A DNA stretch of 64,000 nucleotides from Ptychodera flava. Lineage: Eukaryota. Every line of letters starts with the position of its first letter. Positions within the stretch are counted from its first letter, which is position 1. Location of the stretch: the NCBI RefSeq assembly GCF_041260155.1, contig NC_091947.1, positions 31,706,780-31,770,779 on the forward strand. Reading direction: 5' to 3'. A model generated the notes under the pieces. It worked only from the letters and a program-made list of their open reading frames with translations, made no database searches and had not been told where the DNA came from. Shown here piece by piece: positions 25,345 through 38,990 of the stretch. Both the position numbers and the translations under genes were made by a program.

Positions 25345-28300
25345 ATGTACTTCTAACTACGATGCTGAAGTTATTTTCGTATTCGTTTTCATATTCGTTT
25401 TCGTATTTGTATTCGTATTCGTATTGAAGTCACTGACAGACATTGATATTTTTAGTCCAGGTTTCAGATGTGAAATGTGCAATATACGATATTTACTGAG
25501 ATTTAAATATTGTGATAATTTGATTCGTAATTTCATCTACCAAATTTGGTAAAATTTACATAAATTTGCATTTGTAGATTTTAAAGAATTTTGTTTCCTT
25601 CATTTTATTTGAAAAAAAATACTTAAAATCGGTTGGGATCTGGTAAGGCAGCATGTTCGCTTGCCAATGTCTCTTGACCGGGCAGCTGGATGCACCCCGA
25701 AATCAGGTGGTCAGTGCCAAGTAATGGGACTCGTGAGAGCGGATGCAAAGGAGCTGCCCTGGACTGTACCATTGTTTTGCGGGGAGGGCAGATTTTTGTG
25801 AGGCGCTGCAAAACGGGTGACTTGAAAGCTATGATGAACGGGGGACTTGTCTAGGACAACCATCTGAATAAAAAAATGTGAAAATTGTTATATCCGGTCA
25901 TCCTTTTGGACTCACTTTAGAATGATCATATCCCTTTACAATTTGTATTTCAAGTATTTTACTTGATTTTGATATGGCTAGACCTGAAATAAATTATAAT
26001 AACAATACAATACAATACTTTACAAAACTCAGGGAGTGCGGTAAGGCAAAAATTACAAAATTGCAAGTTACGACTAAGTTGTACGTGCTGCTACAGGGGA
26101 GAAAGTGACAGAAATCAATGACAATTTATCTTTCAGAGTAAAGATGTGAGCAATATTATACATAAAACCGGACCGACCGATAATTCATGTATTAGGCCCT
26201 ACATTCAATCAGGGCTCAAAGTAGCGACCATTTTCAGTAGCATAGGCGACCAAATTTTATGAGATTGCGACTGAATTTTTTTCAAGACATTTCTCCATAC
26301 CGTATACGTGATCAAATACAACATATATTCGCTCAGTGTTCACGGAGCATTGTCCTGAAAGGCCACGACCCCAAAATACGCATTGAATAAGCATAGCCGT
26401 TGAGCGGAGTTACTCAAAGGTTTGAGCGCGTTCTCTCCACTGCACAGCGCTACCAATGTGTCTGCTGATGTTATCTTGAATGACCTGTCAAAATATCCCA
26501 TGAATTTAACGATAAATTTTACTACAATCCAATCAAGTATCAGAAGCAGTTTTAGTGCTGTCACATCATTTCAAATGAACCAATCATAATCCCAGCATAA
26601 AATGTCATCAAAATATAGCTGACAGGGGAAAACAAGCAACCAGTGACTGCAAACATGTTTCATGCGTTCACGTGCGTAATGAATATTTGCGTAATAGTGG
26701 CATGTGACCGGCTAGACCATTTCCGGAAATCGTCCTTTGGAAAGCAGATCAAAGCACCGATTTCATCAAGCTTGGACTGGATTATCCTGTTTCATAAAGG
26801 TTTTTGTTTTCAGCTAGATCTAAATAGCAAGCAACTTTGTTGAAATATCATGGCAAATCTGCCAGGTAGCGACTGCAATTATGTAGAACCATGGACATGA
26901 TGGAGGTAGTAGAGAACAGACCATGGATGGGACTGTGGCGATGACCTCAATGACCGAGCGAGTTCGATACACGCCACAAGTACCGCTGCGATATCACAGC
27001 TGGGATTAAATGCGCATATACGTTTGAGTTTTGTTCTCTTGCCTACAAAATATCTATCGAAAGTTGATAGTTGCTGCATTTCTATTCAGAGTTTTTGTTG
27101 AAAAAAGTAGCTATCTACGGCTAGCGGCTTAATTGGTCCCCCAAAATAGTACTGCTGAAAGTTTTTGGAGTGACCTGCAGAACGGAGTTGTAGAGCGGGG
27201 CAAACTGCGTAACACTAAAACTGGATCGCAAAGTAACAAATGACGGAAACCGATTGAGCCAGTTGCGACAGCTACTAGACTAGCTGAAGTCTATTTATCA
27301 TAGAATACAGGTATTTCTCGATATTTCGCGATACAATTAATTTCCATGCATTCTGGTGTATCTTATCATAACGCAAGTTGATCAACATGTTCTGGCAATG
27401 ACAGTTGACGCAAACGCAAGGAAAGAAAAAGAGATGGGCCGTACTGAAATATTAAAGGATTCTGACAACAGCTCACACATTAATTTAATCTTTATTAGGG
27501 AAACAAATGTACCGATCGGGACGTAGGCCTATGATACCATTTTATTCATCTCGTTATGACGCTTTCCCACATCATATGAGATGATATTTTCTTTGCGACA
27601 GCAGTCTAAATATAACATGTCATCGACTTAGGGGCATGCGATAACGTTGAGCCCTGCATTCACTGTCGTTATGACGATCACTTTCTCAGAGATATCAGTT
27701 TAAAACAAGAAAATTACCTTTTAAGTTTACAACTCGTCAAATTGGGCGGGTCAGCTAAATTTCCATTATCGATACTAATGATGGTTGTTGTGATAAAGTT
27801 AATACGAAAACGAATACGAATACGAATACGAAAATGATGTTTGTTTAAAAAATCTTTCCTCCAAAGACTACTACTGGCCCACAGGCGCTAATAGCTTGGT
27901 AGTCTGCTAAATAGATCGATTTTCGGCTCGATCTATCATTCCCGTGGTCAGTATGCCCGCCACTGTAACCTAGTGAGTATTTGGTTACAATTGCGCGCAT
28001 ATCGACAACGGGATCGATAGATCGAATCGAAAATCGATCTATTCAACAGACTACCCAGCTAAGGAGTGCCTGTGTACTGGCCGTTTGTTTTTAAAATCTC
28101 TCCTCTAATTATAGCAACGATATCTTTCAATCTAGGGCCTAAAAAGATTGGATCTTTTTCAACTTACATTCTCAAATATTGAAGTATTGATATATTGTCA
28201 TATAAAAAGCACTTTAAGTTCTGTAAAGACAGAACTTTCATATAATACATACGCAATTTGGACTAAAAATAAAAAATTTTGTCAGTGACTCCAATACGAA

Positions 28301-28375
28301 TACGAATACGAATACGAAAACGAATACGAAAACGAATACGAAAATAACTTCAGCATCGTCTTCTAACTTAGGTAC
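25345..28375. mobile_element. ~3 kb segment bounded by ~130-bp inverted repeats (25345-25470 and 28240-28375). Each arm contains a (TACGAA)n microsatellite (ttcgta orientation on the left, tacgaa on the right); a third (tacgaa)n occurs internally at 27805-27835
   Basis: The reverse complement of 28240-28375 aligns to 25345-25470, including the flanking gaagttattttcg…gtattgaagtcactgacag…atttttagtcc. The interior has a GC-rich, structured-looking block at 25620-25840 and a ~190-bp palindrome at 27888-28080. Confidence 0.55.
27888..28080. repeat. ~190-bp palindrome (ggcccacaggcgctaatagcttggtagtctgctaaatagatcgattttcg … cgaaaatcgatctattcaacagactacccagctaaggagtgcctgtg)
   Basis: The halves are reverse complements around the centre ~27985. 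Confidence 0.8.
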
Positions 28376-31300
28376 TTCTAACTTAGGCGGCCTCCATAAG
28401 TTCATATCGCGTATCGTATCGCCTGATGTGATTGGACAGCGTGATCGACAGTCACGTTGATCGTGTGATTGAATGTGATCGTACCACTTACCCGGCATTT
28501 CAGAGGATCGATGTCGATCACAAACTAAGATTGACGTCGAGGAAGTTTTCTGTTGTGCAATTGCCGCGATTGGTTGCAGAATACTGAATTCTCAGAAAAT
28601 TAGGGTGTTTCCCGGCGAGTAGTAAAGACGCTACACGACCAGTTGTATTCGTTAAGTCAATGTTTACACTCAGGTGTGTATGCAATGCGATCGTGAGATT
28701 TCGTATCTATATATCGCTCGGTTACCGATTTCGGGGCTTTTATTGTGAAGTGTTCTTCACCGGTTAGCTCCGTATAGTTGTGGTTTTCCGTATTTTCCAA
28801 TGGAACATAACATGGATTCACAAAGAGTGTCGGAAACTGAGAAGAAACGACCTGCAACACCCCGTAAGTACTTGTAGTTGTACAAGTAGTGGTAGTAATA
28901 CTCATTGACAACATTGTGCTTTAACTGTAAGGTCAACACCTTTCAGAGGTAACTTTTGAACTTTTTCACAGGTGTATTGTTTGTATACTCATAAAGTTTG
29001 CCCTCTACGCTCGATTTGTCCACAGGATCAGTTTATCCCACCTCGTCAGTGTTACACCCGAAATTATAATATTTTCACGTTCAATAATGTATCCACGGTC
29101 CCTCTAATTAGTGATGTATCATTTTGGAGGCCAAAGATTTACAACGAGATAGATAGGGGAGCACTACAATAGATCATATTATCATCAGACTGTTTAGTCA
29201 TAGACAGTGGTCTTCCCCTCCACTGTCTATGGTTTAGTACATCTCCATGGTAAAGTGGTAATTCATGTAACTTGGGTGATATGTCAAAGGTGAACGATAA
29301 GAAGTGGTGTCGTAGCTTGACTTTGAAATGATTTATATACTGCAAATACACTACCAATGCATAAAAGAAAAATTACACTGATACACCAGGCACTCAAGAC
29401 TTCAAGTGATGTCATAGAATCATGATATTACAGGTAATCAGTAAATAATTCAAAAATATTTATATACCCCAAAAGATGATCCTTACAAATTATAAGTTCA
29501 TGTAATCATGTTTTGAAACATCAATGTCCTGTAACATTTGGTTTTGCAAATCAAGGTTAACTCTTGTAATCTGTTACCATAGTAACGGATGTCTCTTTGA
29601 TATCTGACAACATTGTTTGTACCCCGTCCTACTAACAATGAATAATGACACAAAAACAGTGACATGTGTTTGCTGCTATGTTGTGATAGTATGTGTTGAG
29701 CCACAGTTTGAATTTAAAAAAATCAACACAGACAATGGATCAGCTTTTACAAGACAGAAAAGATGATGGAGAAAAATGTTGCCAAATTCCTATAAAGTGA
29801 ATATTTTGTCATATATAATAAAAAAAATTGTGTCAAATTATTTATTAGTTGCTCAAAGTTTAGCATATGTTTCAATGATGTTACAGTGGTGGCGACTGGA
29901 AATGGGATACCTAATTAGCAAATTATCTCTCTGTATTGCAAGGCATGTCGCTATTTCCCTTCGTAATTAGCGAGCGACTTTGTTAACTTGTCAGCGATAT
30001 CGTTTTACGTTTCAGTCAGCTGCAGACACTTCTTGCATGTAGGGGCATGTTGCCATAAAGCTTATATGGGTTGTAGTAATTCAGTATAGGGGTGGCTGCT
30101 TGTTGTAACCGTATTCCTGACAGAGAGTATAACTTCCTTATCTGCCAAGTCAGTCAATAGCAGTATTGAGCCAAAATCATTATGTATTTTCACCCACTTG
30201 TCCTTAAAAGCCATGGTTACTGTATTTGCATTTTAAGGGGCCTTTAAATGTTCAAGATGACTTCATGGTGAAATATGAACTTGGCAGGATAAGGAATAAA
30301 GATGCAATGTTTCTGATATTTTGTAATTTCTTTAAGTCAAGGAGACACTATTTGTAAAAATCTCAAACTTCAAACCAATATCATATGATATGATGAGTGT
30401 CATATATTGCCAGTATGTATTTCAAGCTTGCATTTTATTGGAGCAGCCATTCTCCAAGAAGCATACATCTCATATCTCTGTAGATGATAGAAAACATGTT
30501 AAAATTTTCCTCTCTTTGTCAGCACATTGTGGCCATTAGTTACTCCTTCACCATGTTACAAGATCAAAAAGTCAATGACACTGACTTCTCAAATACATGT
30601 ATAATAAAGTTTGATAAAGATAACAAAAGATAGTGTTTAACTATTTGACCCCTGGTGATTCAAAACAAACAGCTTTTTTCTGATTGAGTCCTCCATGTAG
30701 TGGCAGATTGTTCAAGTATTTGATTCATTATCTATATAATACTATCATGTTTAATTTGATAATTTCTGTATCTGGGATCAGTGACTGGCAAGTTTGGTGT
30801 ACCCAACATTATTTTTGGGACCACAGTACTCAAGTTGTACAGTCAATAGAAAGAGTATATCATAATGGCTTCAGGGCAATCAGATACACTGTAGCTGTCT
30901 ACATGGTCAAGTGTCTCTGTATCTTTCATAATTTTGAAGGTCATTTTGCCAGACTACCATGCAAAGCAGGTTGATATACCTGTAAATCATGTAAATCAGT
31001 ACATGTCATCGTAGCTTGTAATATTGCAATAAATAATAGTGCAAAGGGTAATACCCACCCTCATAAAAAATTTCCACTGTTTGTCCATATCATTATCAAT
31101 AAGCCATTCTATGTGTTAGGTAAGTTGTTTGTGCCTTGCAATCATTAGAAGCTCTTAAAAACCAAGACGATAGTCATGACATGTTTTGATCTTTATTGAT
31201 GTGATGGAATACTGGAAAAGCTGAAACAATCTTCTCTGAGACAGTTTGCTCAGTCTGCTTCCAGTTGAGTTGACTTTCTTTGTTTTTATTCATACCTGTA

Positions 31301-32269
31301 CCCAGTTCATTCTTTGATGTCTGTAAATCATGGGTCTTTCCCTACATGTCTGTAAAACATTCGTCTATTCTTTCATGTTCGGAAATCATGAGTCGTGTCT
31401 GTAAATCATGGAATCAATTTAGTCTAACACTTTTTGCTGAAACTACACAACTATTTCAAACATTTCAAAGTTTCAGCCAACTTTGACTTTTTGCAAAGTT
31501 TTCAGAAACCTGTTGGTTTCACGTATTGAAAAACATGTGTCATGCTCACTGGTAACAGAAACAAGTTACCTCCATGCTAATAGGGGAACTTACTTAGATT
31601 TACAAGTAGCACGCACACAGTCTCTGTACCACTACCATGACAACAGCAAACATTCAGCGTAGTAACATGTCAGTGCAATGATTTGCAGTATTAGTTCATC
31701 ATGACATGGGACAAATTCTTAAATCATAAGAAATACTGCTGAATCATGCTGAATCACGGGTCTAGCAACACTAGCATCAGATGAAATGAAGTGGCCATCA
31801 ACTTTTGATTGTAGATATAGGAACTGTTAGCATGATCACAGTGTGTTTTTTAAGGTATGGACCCTTTTATTTTAGGACAAAGAGGCAGTAAAGATGAGAA
31901 CATGTACTTTTTTTGACATTTCATTATTTGAGGGAGGGGGCGAAGGAAAGATTGCAGAACTTGCAAAAGGTTTCTTCAGACTTCCACACCCTTTTTCTTC
32001 TTCCAGCGTTGTCATTATTTTGTATCAAATACAGCAATATTGTAAAGACATTTTCAAGGGTCAATTTTTCTCTTTTTTTTACCTTTCTTCCTGATTAAGA
32101 CGATAATGAAAAAATGTAGAATGCTTTTGCAAAGTTTTCACAATCTTTCAACGTCTCAAAAGAGGGAATGTTAATTCAGGGGCCACCACATGCTGTACCA
32201 TAAACTGTGGTCCCTGGTGTAAGGCATCAGTGTCTGTTTATGAATCCAGTGCATGTCTATAAAGTCACT

Positions 32270-33850
32270 TAAACATAGCCATAACTGTAAGACCAGATAT
32301 GAACTGTAAATGCTCATGTGTTTCATTATATATTGCAGTTATGTGTAAATTTGAACATTTGCCACATGTTTGCAACTTCATTGAAAGTATTATGATCAAC
32401 TTAATGAACAATAGTCACCACAGATTAACTCAATAGGTCATTAAGTATTCTAATATGTAATTAGCTGAAATAGAAATAATTAATTTCTTTGACTGCTATC
32501 ATTTTATCGCCATTTTATATAGCAAGTGTAATTGCCTTTGGTCAAGTCCTTCAAACTATATATTCCAAACTTTGAGAGCTCATTAGATATGCAAACTATA
32601 AATTAGCTGACATGAAAACTTAAGTGCGAAATGACTTCCAATATTGGTATAACCTGGTATAATCATCAATGTACATAGCATGTTATGCCAACTTTGATCA
32701 AATAAATCCAAGTATGTATCCCTAATTAGGAAAGTTAATTAAATACACACATTAGGAATTGGCTGAAGCAAAAATGCTTAATGCCTTTCAATAATGTTAG
32801 CCTACATAATAGTATCTTTAATGTGCATAGCAAGTTTCATCAATTTTGGTCATGTAAATTGAAATATATATCCCTAATTTCAAAAATTCATTTAATATGC
32901 AAATTAGGAGCTGGATAAAGTAAAAATGCTCAATGACTTTCAATAATGTCGTATCGTAGCATCTTTAATGTACATAGCAAGTTTTGTCAACTTTGGTTTA
33001 GTCAATACAGATAAATATCCCTGATTATGAAAGTTCATTAAATATGCAAATAAGGAATTGGCTAAAGTTTAAATGCTTAGTGACTTTCAATGATGTTCTA
33101 TCATAGTATCTTTAATGTACATAGCCAGTTTCATCAACTTTGGTCTCGTCAATTCAGATAAATATCCCTAATTAGGAAAGTTCATAAAATATGCAAATTA
33201 GGAATTGGCTGATGTAAAAATGCTGAATGACATTTAATAATGTTCTATCATAGTATCTTTAATGTACATAGCAAGTTTCATCAATTTTGGTCATATAACT
33301 TCAAATATATATCCCTAATTTCAAAAATTCATTAAATATGCAAATTAGGATTTTGATGAAGTAAAAATGCTAAATGACTTTCAATAAGGTTAAATCATAG
33401 TATCTTCAATATGCATACCAAGTTTCGTCAATTTGGTTCAAGTAAATTCAGATATATACTCCTAATTAGGAAATTTCATTAAACATGCAAATTAGTAATT
33501 ATCTTGCATGTCACCCCTTAATATCTTTCAAAGCTGATATATTTTGGTGTGATCAACATTTGTAGCGAATCTCATCAAATTGTGTGCAGTCGTTGGCAAT
33601 ATATATCAGTTTTTTCTAAAATCATTAATTATGCAAATGAGCAAAAAGTAAGCAAGCCACACCCACCAAGTTCTTGCCATTTGCAAACTGAATCTATGTA
33701 CCGGATTTGATGCTGATCTGATGAGCCGTTTTTGAGATATTGAGTATACAGACAGACACACAGACAGACAGACACACAGACAGACAGACATCGCTGCGAC
33801 GTATGCTCACGTGTGTCAACACGTGAGCAAAAAATGAAGGGTGATCAATT
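32270..33850 (+). mobile_element. ~1.55 kb satellite-carrying non-autonomous element (family X): 5' ccagatatgaactgtaaatgctcatgtgtttc…, ~8 tandem ~148-bp units (…tagcaagtttcatcaa.tttggtc…tccctaatt.ggaaa.ttcattaaatatgcaaattaggaattgg…), a (CAGA)n/(ACAG)n microsatellite, and a 3' hairpin gctcacgtgtgtcaacacgtgagc followed by aaaaaa
   Basis: Near-identical copies at 54430-55950 (+) and 47950-49580 (-); the structure was read directly. Confidence 0.85.
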
Positions 33851-34967
33851 AAAAGTGACAAGTAAATAGCACATGTACCGGTATATGGTATGTTGATGCC
33901 TACCCGATGTGATGACACTCAAGGGGAGATCGACCTTTCAAAAGGACATTGAACTACAGTAATCATACATATGAATAGCCATAGGTAACATCTCTATATC
34001 CCTGTAAGTTAGAAACAAGTTAACAAGCTTTCTCCTAATTCATTTACTGATTGACAGCTTCTGGCAAGCAAAGTTATATGAGTTTAGTTTTTTCCAAATG
34101 ATCATGATGTACGACTTGTTAGAGTCACACTCTATAATCTGTCTTCATGCTCTCTTTGAGGGGACAGAGACTGTTCTTATGGCTCTTATTCCACATTTTC
34201 TGCAGTTTCAGATACTTCCAGTCTCCTATTAAAAAGACTGACAAGCTAGGTAGTGGAATGTATGTTTTTTTTTAAAGTTTGTTTCCATATGCAATTGCAG
34301 ACCAAGAAAAAAAAAATTCATTGTGAAATCAAACTCATGTCAAATCATGGGCTGTGTGAATGACTTTGATACAGATATAAATTTTAAACAGTTTATGTAG
34401 CCAAACATCAAATTTGATAAAATTATCACACGCTGAGCGGCAATAATAATGGAAAATAAAAGTACTAAAAAAAAGAATAGTGTTGTTCCTAAATATTGAT
34501 CAGTATTTGACAGGACATTCTCACAGGACAACCTCTAATGAGTTCATAGGTTACAATTTAAACCATTTGTCTGTGAAAATGCATTTAAATTTAAATTGCA
34601 ATTGTCAATATATAATCTTTACCATGTTACGTAATTGCACAACTTCATTGGTGGGTTATTGTATTGTTTTTGAGTCGGAAGTAAAAATTACAGGTACAGA
34701 CACGTTTGCATTGATATTGTTTTATTTCCGGAATATAAAAGCCAGCAATTTTTTTAAAATTCATATTCAAGCTGTGCAGGGTCACAAATGCTACTGGTAC
34801 ATGAAATGAGGTTTACCAATCTGTCAGGTGGTGCCATGTGTGCGAGAGATTTTTTTGAGCTGGTAGACGTTTGTATAAATTTGGATATGTCAGCCTGCTT
34901 GACTACATGTTTGGTTTGATTTTATGTTAATTCATGACAGTTCTGATGGCATGTTTTTGAAAACAAA

Positions 34968-35402
34968 ATGGATGTGGAGTGTCATCAAGTTTCTCGTGGA
35001 AGGAGACACCAGCTTGATAATGGGAATTCATTTTCTCCAACAGCCATGCCATGGTCTGGTGTGGACATCGGCGGAACCCTTGTGAAGCTGGTATACTTTG
35101 AGCCCACAGATTTCATCAATGCCGAGCAGGAATATGAGGCTGAAGTGGAGACTTTACGGACTATCCGACATTATTTAACTTCCAACACTGCCTACGGAAA
35201 AAGTGGAATCAGGGACGTTCACCTCACGATAAAGGATTTTAAAATTCACGGACGCACTGGCAATCTCCATTTCATACGATTTCCAACGATTGACATGCCT
35301 GCGTTTCTTCAGTTGGTCAAATCCAAGAATCTTTCCAGTGTGGCTGACAAAATCTGTGCAACTGGAGGTGGGGCATACAAATTTGCAGAAGATGTGAGAG
35401 AG
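34968..35402 (+). CDS. PANK: Pantothenate kinase (PANK) first coding exon in window: [46 protein letters not shown]…[18 protein letters not shown] (145 aa)
   Basis: Contains the PANK motifs [19 protein letters not shown], TGx[15 protein letters not shown] and [10 protein letters not shown]. Donor gtaagt at 35403. An upstream alternative 5' exon cannot be excluded. Confidence 0.8.
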
Positions 35403-37280
35403 GTAAGTACAGTTATTGTCTCTCAAAACTCCACAACAAGATTTTGACATCCCTCCATCCAAGTATACATACCCTTATTATGTCCCAAATATTACAATGT
35501 AAATGTCAAAGTGTTAATTTTTATGGTATATATACTATTGGTTAAAGTGAAAATCGCAGCTCCATCTGCAATCTTCACTTATCACATTTGAATAGGTGTT
35601 ATGTAATTTAAACCTGTGCAACATCTTCAATTTATTAATTTGCTTTGTTTGTTGTTTTGCATATGGGCTGGAGGCCTTGAAAAGCAATAAATTATTATTA
35701 TTACTATTGGTTACAGGGTTCAAAAAGTCATCACCCAAGACCACTCACTAATTTGCTCACTTGAACATGAACATATGAAAAGAGATAATGTGTCATGTAC
35801 AGGAATAGACACGTCAGTAGTATTTAGAAGAATGGTTACTGGCAGTGAAATATCTATGTGTGTCCATTGTCCATTCTTTCTGACATCTCTTTTGAGATTT
35901 AAATTAATGATTTCTTTGTAAAAAAAATAGGAGTATGTTATCAATTATATGTGTCAGAGGTTTACTCTATACATTATTTCTACTGCGCTTTGATCATCGT
36001 TTATCCTATAAAGCTGTCTGGACTTTGAACTGTGCACGCGATGTAGAGTCAGCAGAGCATGTGCAATGAGGTCATTTTGAACTTGTTTCCTTGGGAAAAT
36101 TAGGCCTCATGATAATTCGCGTGAGGCAAAGCAGAGTGAACAAAAAATTTTCAGACATGATGTTCGGAATTGTTACTGGATTCAATATGTTGATACATTT
36201 CATGTGATTACGATTAATTACCCCAAATTTTCCTTTCTGTTGAATGCCATGTGATAATACTGATTACTTTCCTGCAGAGAATGAGTAAAAGTTTTGAGAT
36301 AGAATGAAGTTTGAACAATTTCTTTGTCAGACTTTGATTTTAAGTGTTTCTAGACATATACATGGTTAATTCTTTTACATTGCTTTTCACAAAATAAACA
36401 GAACTGCAGTACCTGCATTGTATGGCTTTCCAAATACTTGTATACTTTGTGAATTTTCTACCTTCCAGGAAAATGACCGTCTTTCCAAATGAAAGGCAAA
36501 TTGATACCAATTATACACAGCAATTTCTCAAGGTCAAAACACACAGGAATATACTACCTGAATTTCCAGTCATCATTGAATTAACTGTGTTATAACAGAC
36601 TTAGTCTAAATATTTTCAAGAAATTTTATTTTCATTCCCATTTGAAGTCTGACAAAAAACATGACATATTTTGAAATTAAAAACCTTCCGTCTCTTACTT
36701 TTAACGCATGTTATAGTCATTGCTGTTCAGTTAATGTTTCTTGTCTATGATTGATAATATTCTATCATTTTAAATGTCATGATAGATGAGATAATGGATT
36801 TCAATTTCCACATGCTATTTTATCCTTCCCTTCATTATACCTCAAGGATATCTAAATTTTAAATTTCAGCCAAACCTTTCATAGCAATCAGTCAATTTGA
36901 ATACCATTTTCATAATTGAGAAATGAATCATAATGAAAAAATATTCAAACTATGTTCCAGTTCCAACAAAGTTAATTGTGTTCATCAAAAAAACATAAAT
37001 TTGATGTTTTATGGGCGTTATCACTGGTTGGTCATCTTGATACATAGATCTTTTTCACTGATTTTCAGATTACTGTCAATTGAGGGGCTTCAATTTCAAA
37101 GTTGCCTTACTAATCAAACACTGATAATAAACAGGACAAGTTTCAAAGGCCAGGATATAAAGATATTTATAAATAAAACAAGTTTCCTATCCCAGTCCAT
37201 AAATTATGTATATATCTATATATATATTGTGATTATGACATCATCTTGACTTCATCAATCTTGCGTATGTTTTTTTTCAG

Positions 37281-37531
37281 ATCGTCAACATGAAACTAGA
37301 GAAATATGATGAGTTGGACTGTTTGATCTCGGGGATTCATTTTATTGACAGCAAAATACCCAATGAGTGCTACTACTGGGGCAATGTGGACCCTTTCAAC
37401 AGTGAAGCATGTGAGAAGATTCCGTATGATTTCCGTGATCCGTATCCGTACTTGGTGGTTAATATTGGCTCAGGTGTCAGCGTACTATCAGTGAAATCAC
37501 AGACTGACTTCAAGAGAGTTAGTGGGACCAG
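37281..37531 (+). CDS. PANK: PANK exon: IVNMKLEKYDELDCLISGIHFIDSKIPNECYYWGNVDPFNSEACEKIPYDFRDPYPYLVVNIGSGVSVLSVKSQTDFKRVSGT(+2 nt)
   Basis: Acceptor tttttttcag ends at 37280, donor ag|gtaagg at 37532; conserved LDCLIxG and NIGSGVSxL motifs. Confidence 0.85.
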
Positions 37532-38419
37532 GTAAGGAGGAGAAATTTGCTTCCACATTTAGACTTAAAGTTGTAAAACTGGGTTGTACAATGTGTCAAA
37601 TAAATACAATACGGGTGATGGTATCATTTTGAGCCATTGTCAGCTTTATTAATGTATAACCAATCTATCCATAGGAGCACATGTAAAGTTTGAATCCATC
37701 ATCTGTTAACAATATTTCATATGCCTAGATGTCAACTTCTCCTTGAAAAGCATGTTGATGACATGTAGATTTTGTGGGTTCCTGTGAATTAATTTATTCA
37801 GATTTTACATAAACTTGAACAAATCCATTTATCGGCATAATTTGTAACTATCCTCCTTTATCATCATGTTGCACTAGATGTAATTATTTCTTAGGAACTG
37901 TCACAGCGAATGGACCAATGATTTTATAACTATTGCTTGAAATGAAAAGTACAGTATGCTGCTTTTATTGTACAAAAAATTGCTGTGGCTATAGAAGATG
38001 TTTGCAGTACTGTAATAATACATATATCATAATACCAAAGTAGTGAGAGTAACTGCTAATATTTGTAAAGTACTGCTATAAAATTGTTATGGCTTTTAAA
38101 ACTTTTGCTTGCCAATATACATGTACACAGTAGTTCTTCTTTTCATGGCAATGCTGTATTCGATGTCATCATCTTGTAGACCAGGGATTTATGTTGGTGT
38201 AGACCATAAAATATAGCATACCAACAGAGTGTGTTAAGACATAAAATTTATCAGATAGCAGTCTTGGAAGTTGTAAATCATTAGTACCAGTGAACCAATG
38301 AGATCATTTGCATTTACCAGTTATGCTATCATGTTTCTTAGGTTTCATTGAGGAAATTCATCTTATGCATAATGTGTGAATGTAAAGTTCCTGTTTACAG
38401 AATGAGAATCTGTTTCAGT

Positions 38420-38990
38420 TCATTAGTATAGGATAAAGCCCGAGTACGAGGGCTCTTCTGGTATATAAAGTCCAACCCAACGATAAAATGTCGAGGCCGC
38501 AGGCCGAGACATTTTATCGTAGGGTTGGACTTTATATACCGGAAGAGCCCGAGTACGAGGGTTTTATCCGACTTAAAAACTATCGCCCCTAACTGATATA
38601 TTTTCGTTTTCAATGTGTTTACGTCAACCGTCCCCTTTGTCAATGTAACATGTTTAGGATATGAATTAAAACTTTTATTTGTGAAATAGCCTTCCAATGT
38701 AATGGAACATACTATAAATGCCCTAGGGCACATTATATAAATGCCCTAGGGCACAGCAGATTTTGTGTTGCAGCTGGTTTCCGCTGTGTTACCAAATTTG
38801 AATATTAAAACGTACCAGATGTCTTCAGAATATGACATGTTCACTTTTGATTGGACAGTACTTTACTACGGCGCTGTCATTCGTTTCTGGAATTTGGTGA
38901 CCAAGGCTTTATGAGTAAATAAAACACCCTGAATTGAGCACTCTGATTGGTCAATCAACAGTAGATAGTTTTTAAGTGTAGTATACTGTT
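38420..38990 (+). mobile_element. Second copy of the dispersed repeat seen at 10340-10990. It lacks that copy's 195-bp segment but carries a perfect 106-bp hairpin at 38440-38545
   Basis: Direct alignment to 10340-10990. The hairpin gggctcttc[t/c]ggtatataaagtccaaccc[a/t]acgataaaatgtc[g/t]cggcc [g/t]cggccg[a/c]gacattttatcgt[a/t]gggttggactttatatacc[g/a]gaagagccc is self-complementary. Confidence 0.8.

Noticed and set aside
33820-33832. CACGTG E-box-like palindromes (gctcacgtgtgtcaacacgtgagc) as transcription-factor sites
   Set aside because: They are part of the conserved terminal hairpin of the family-X element, present in every copy, so a structural transposon terminus is the more economical explanation.
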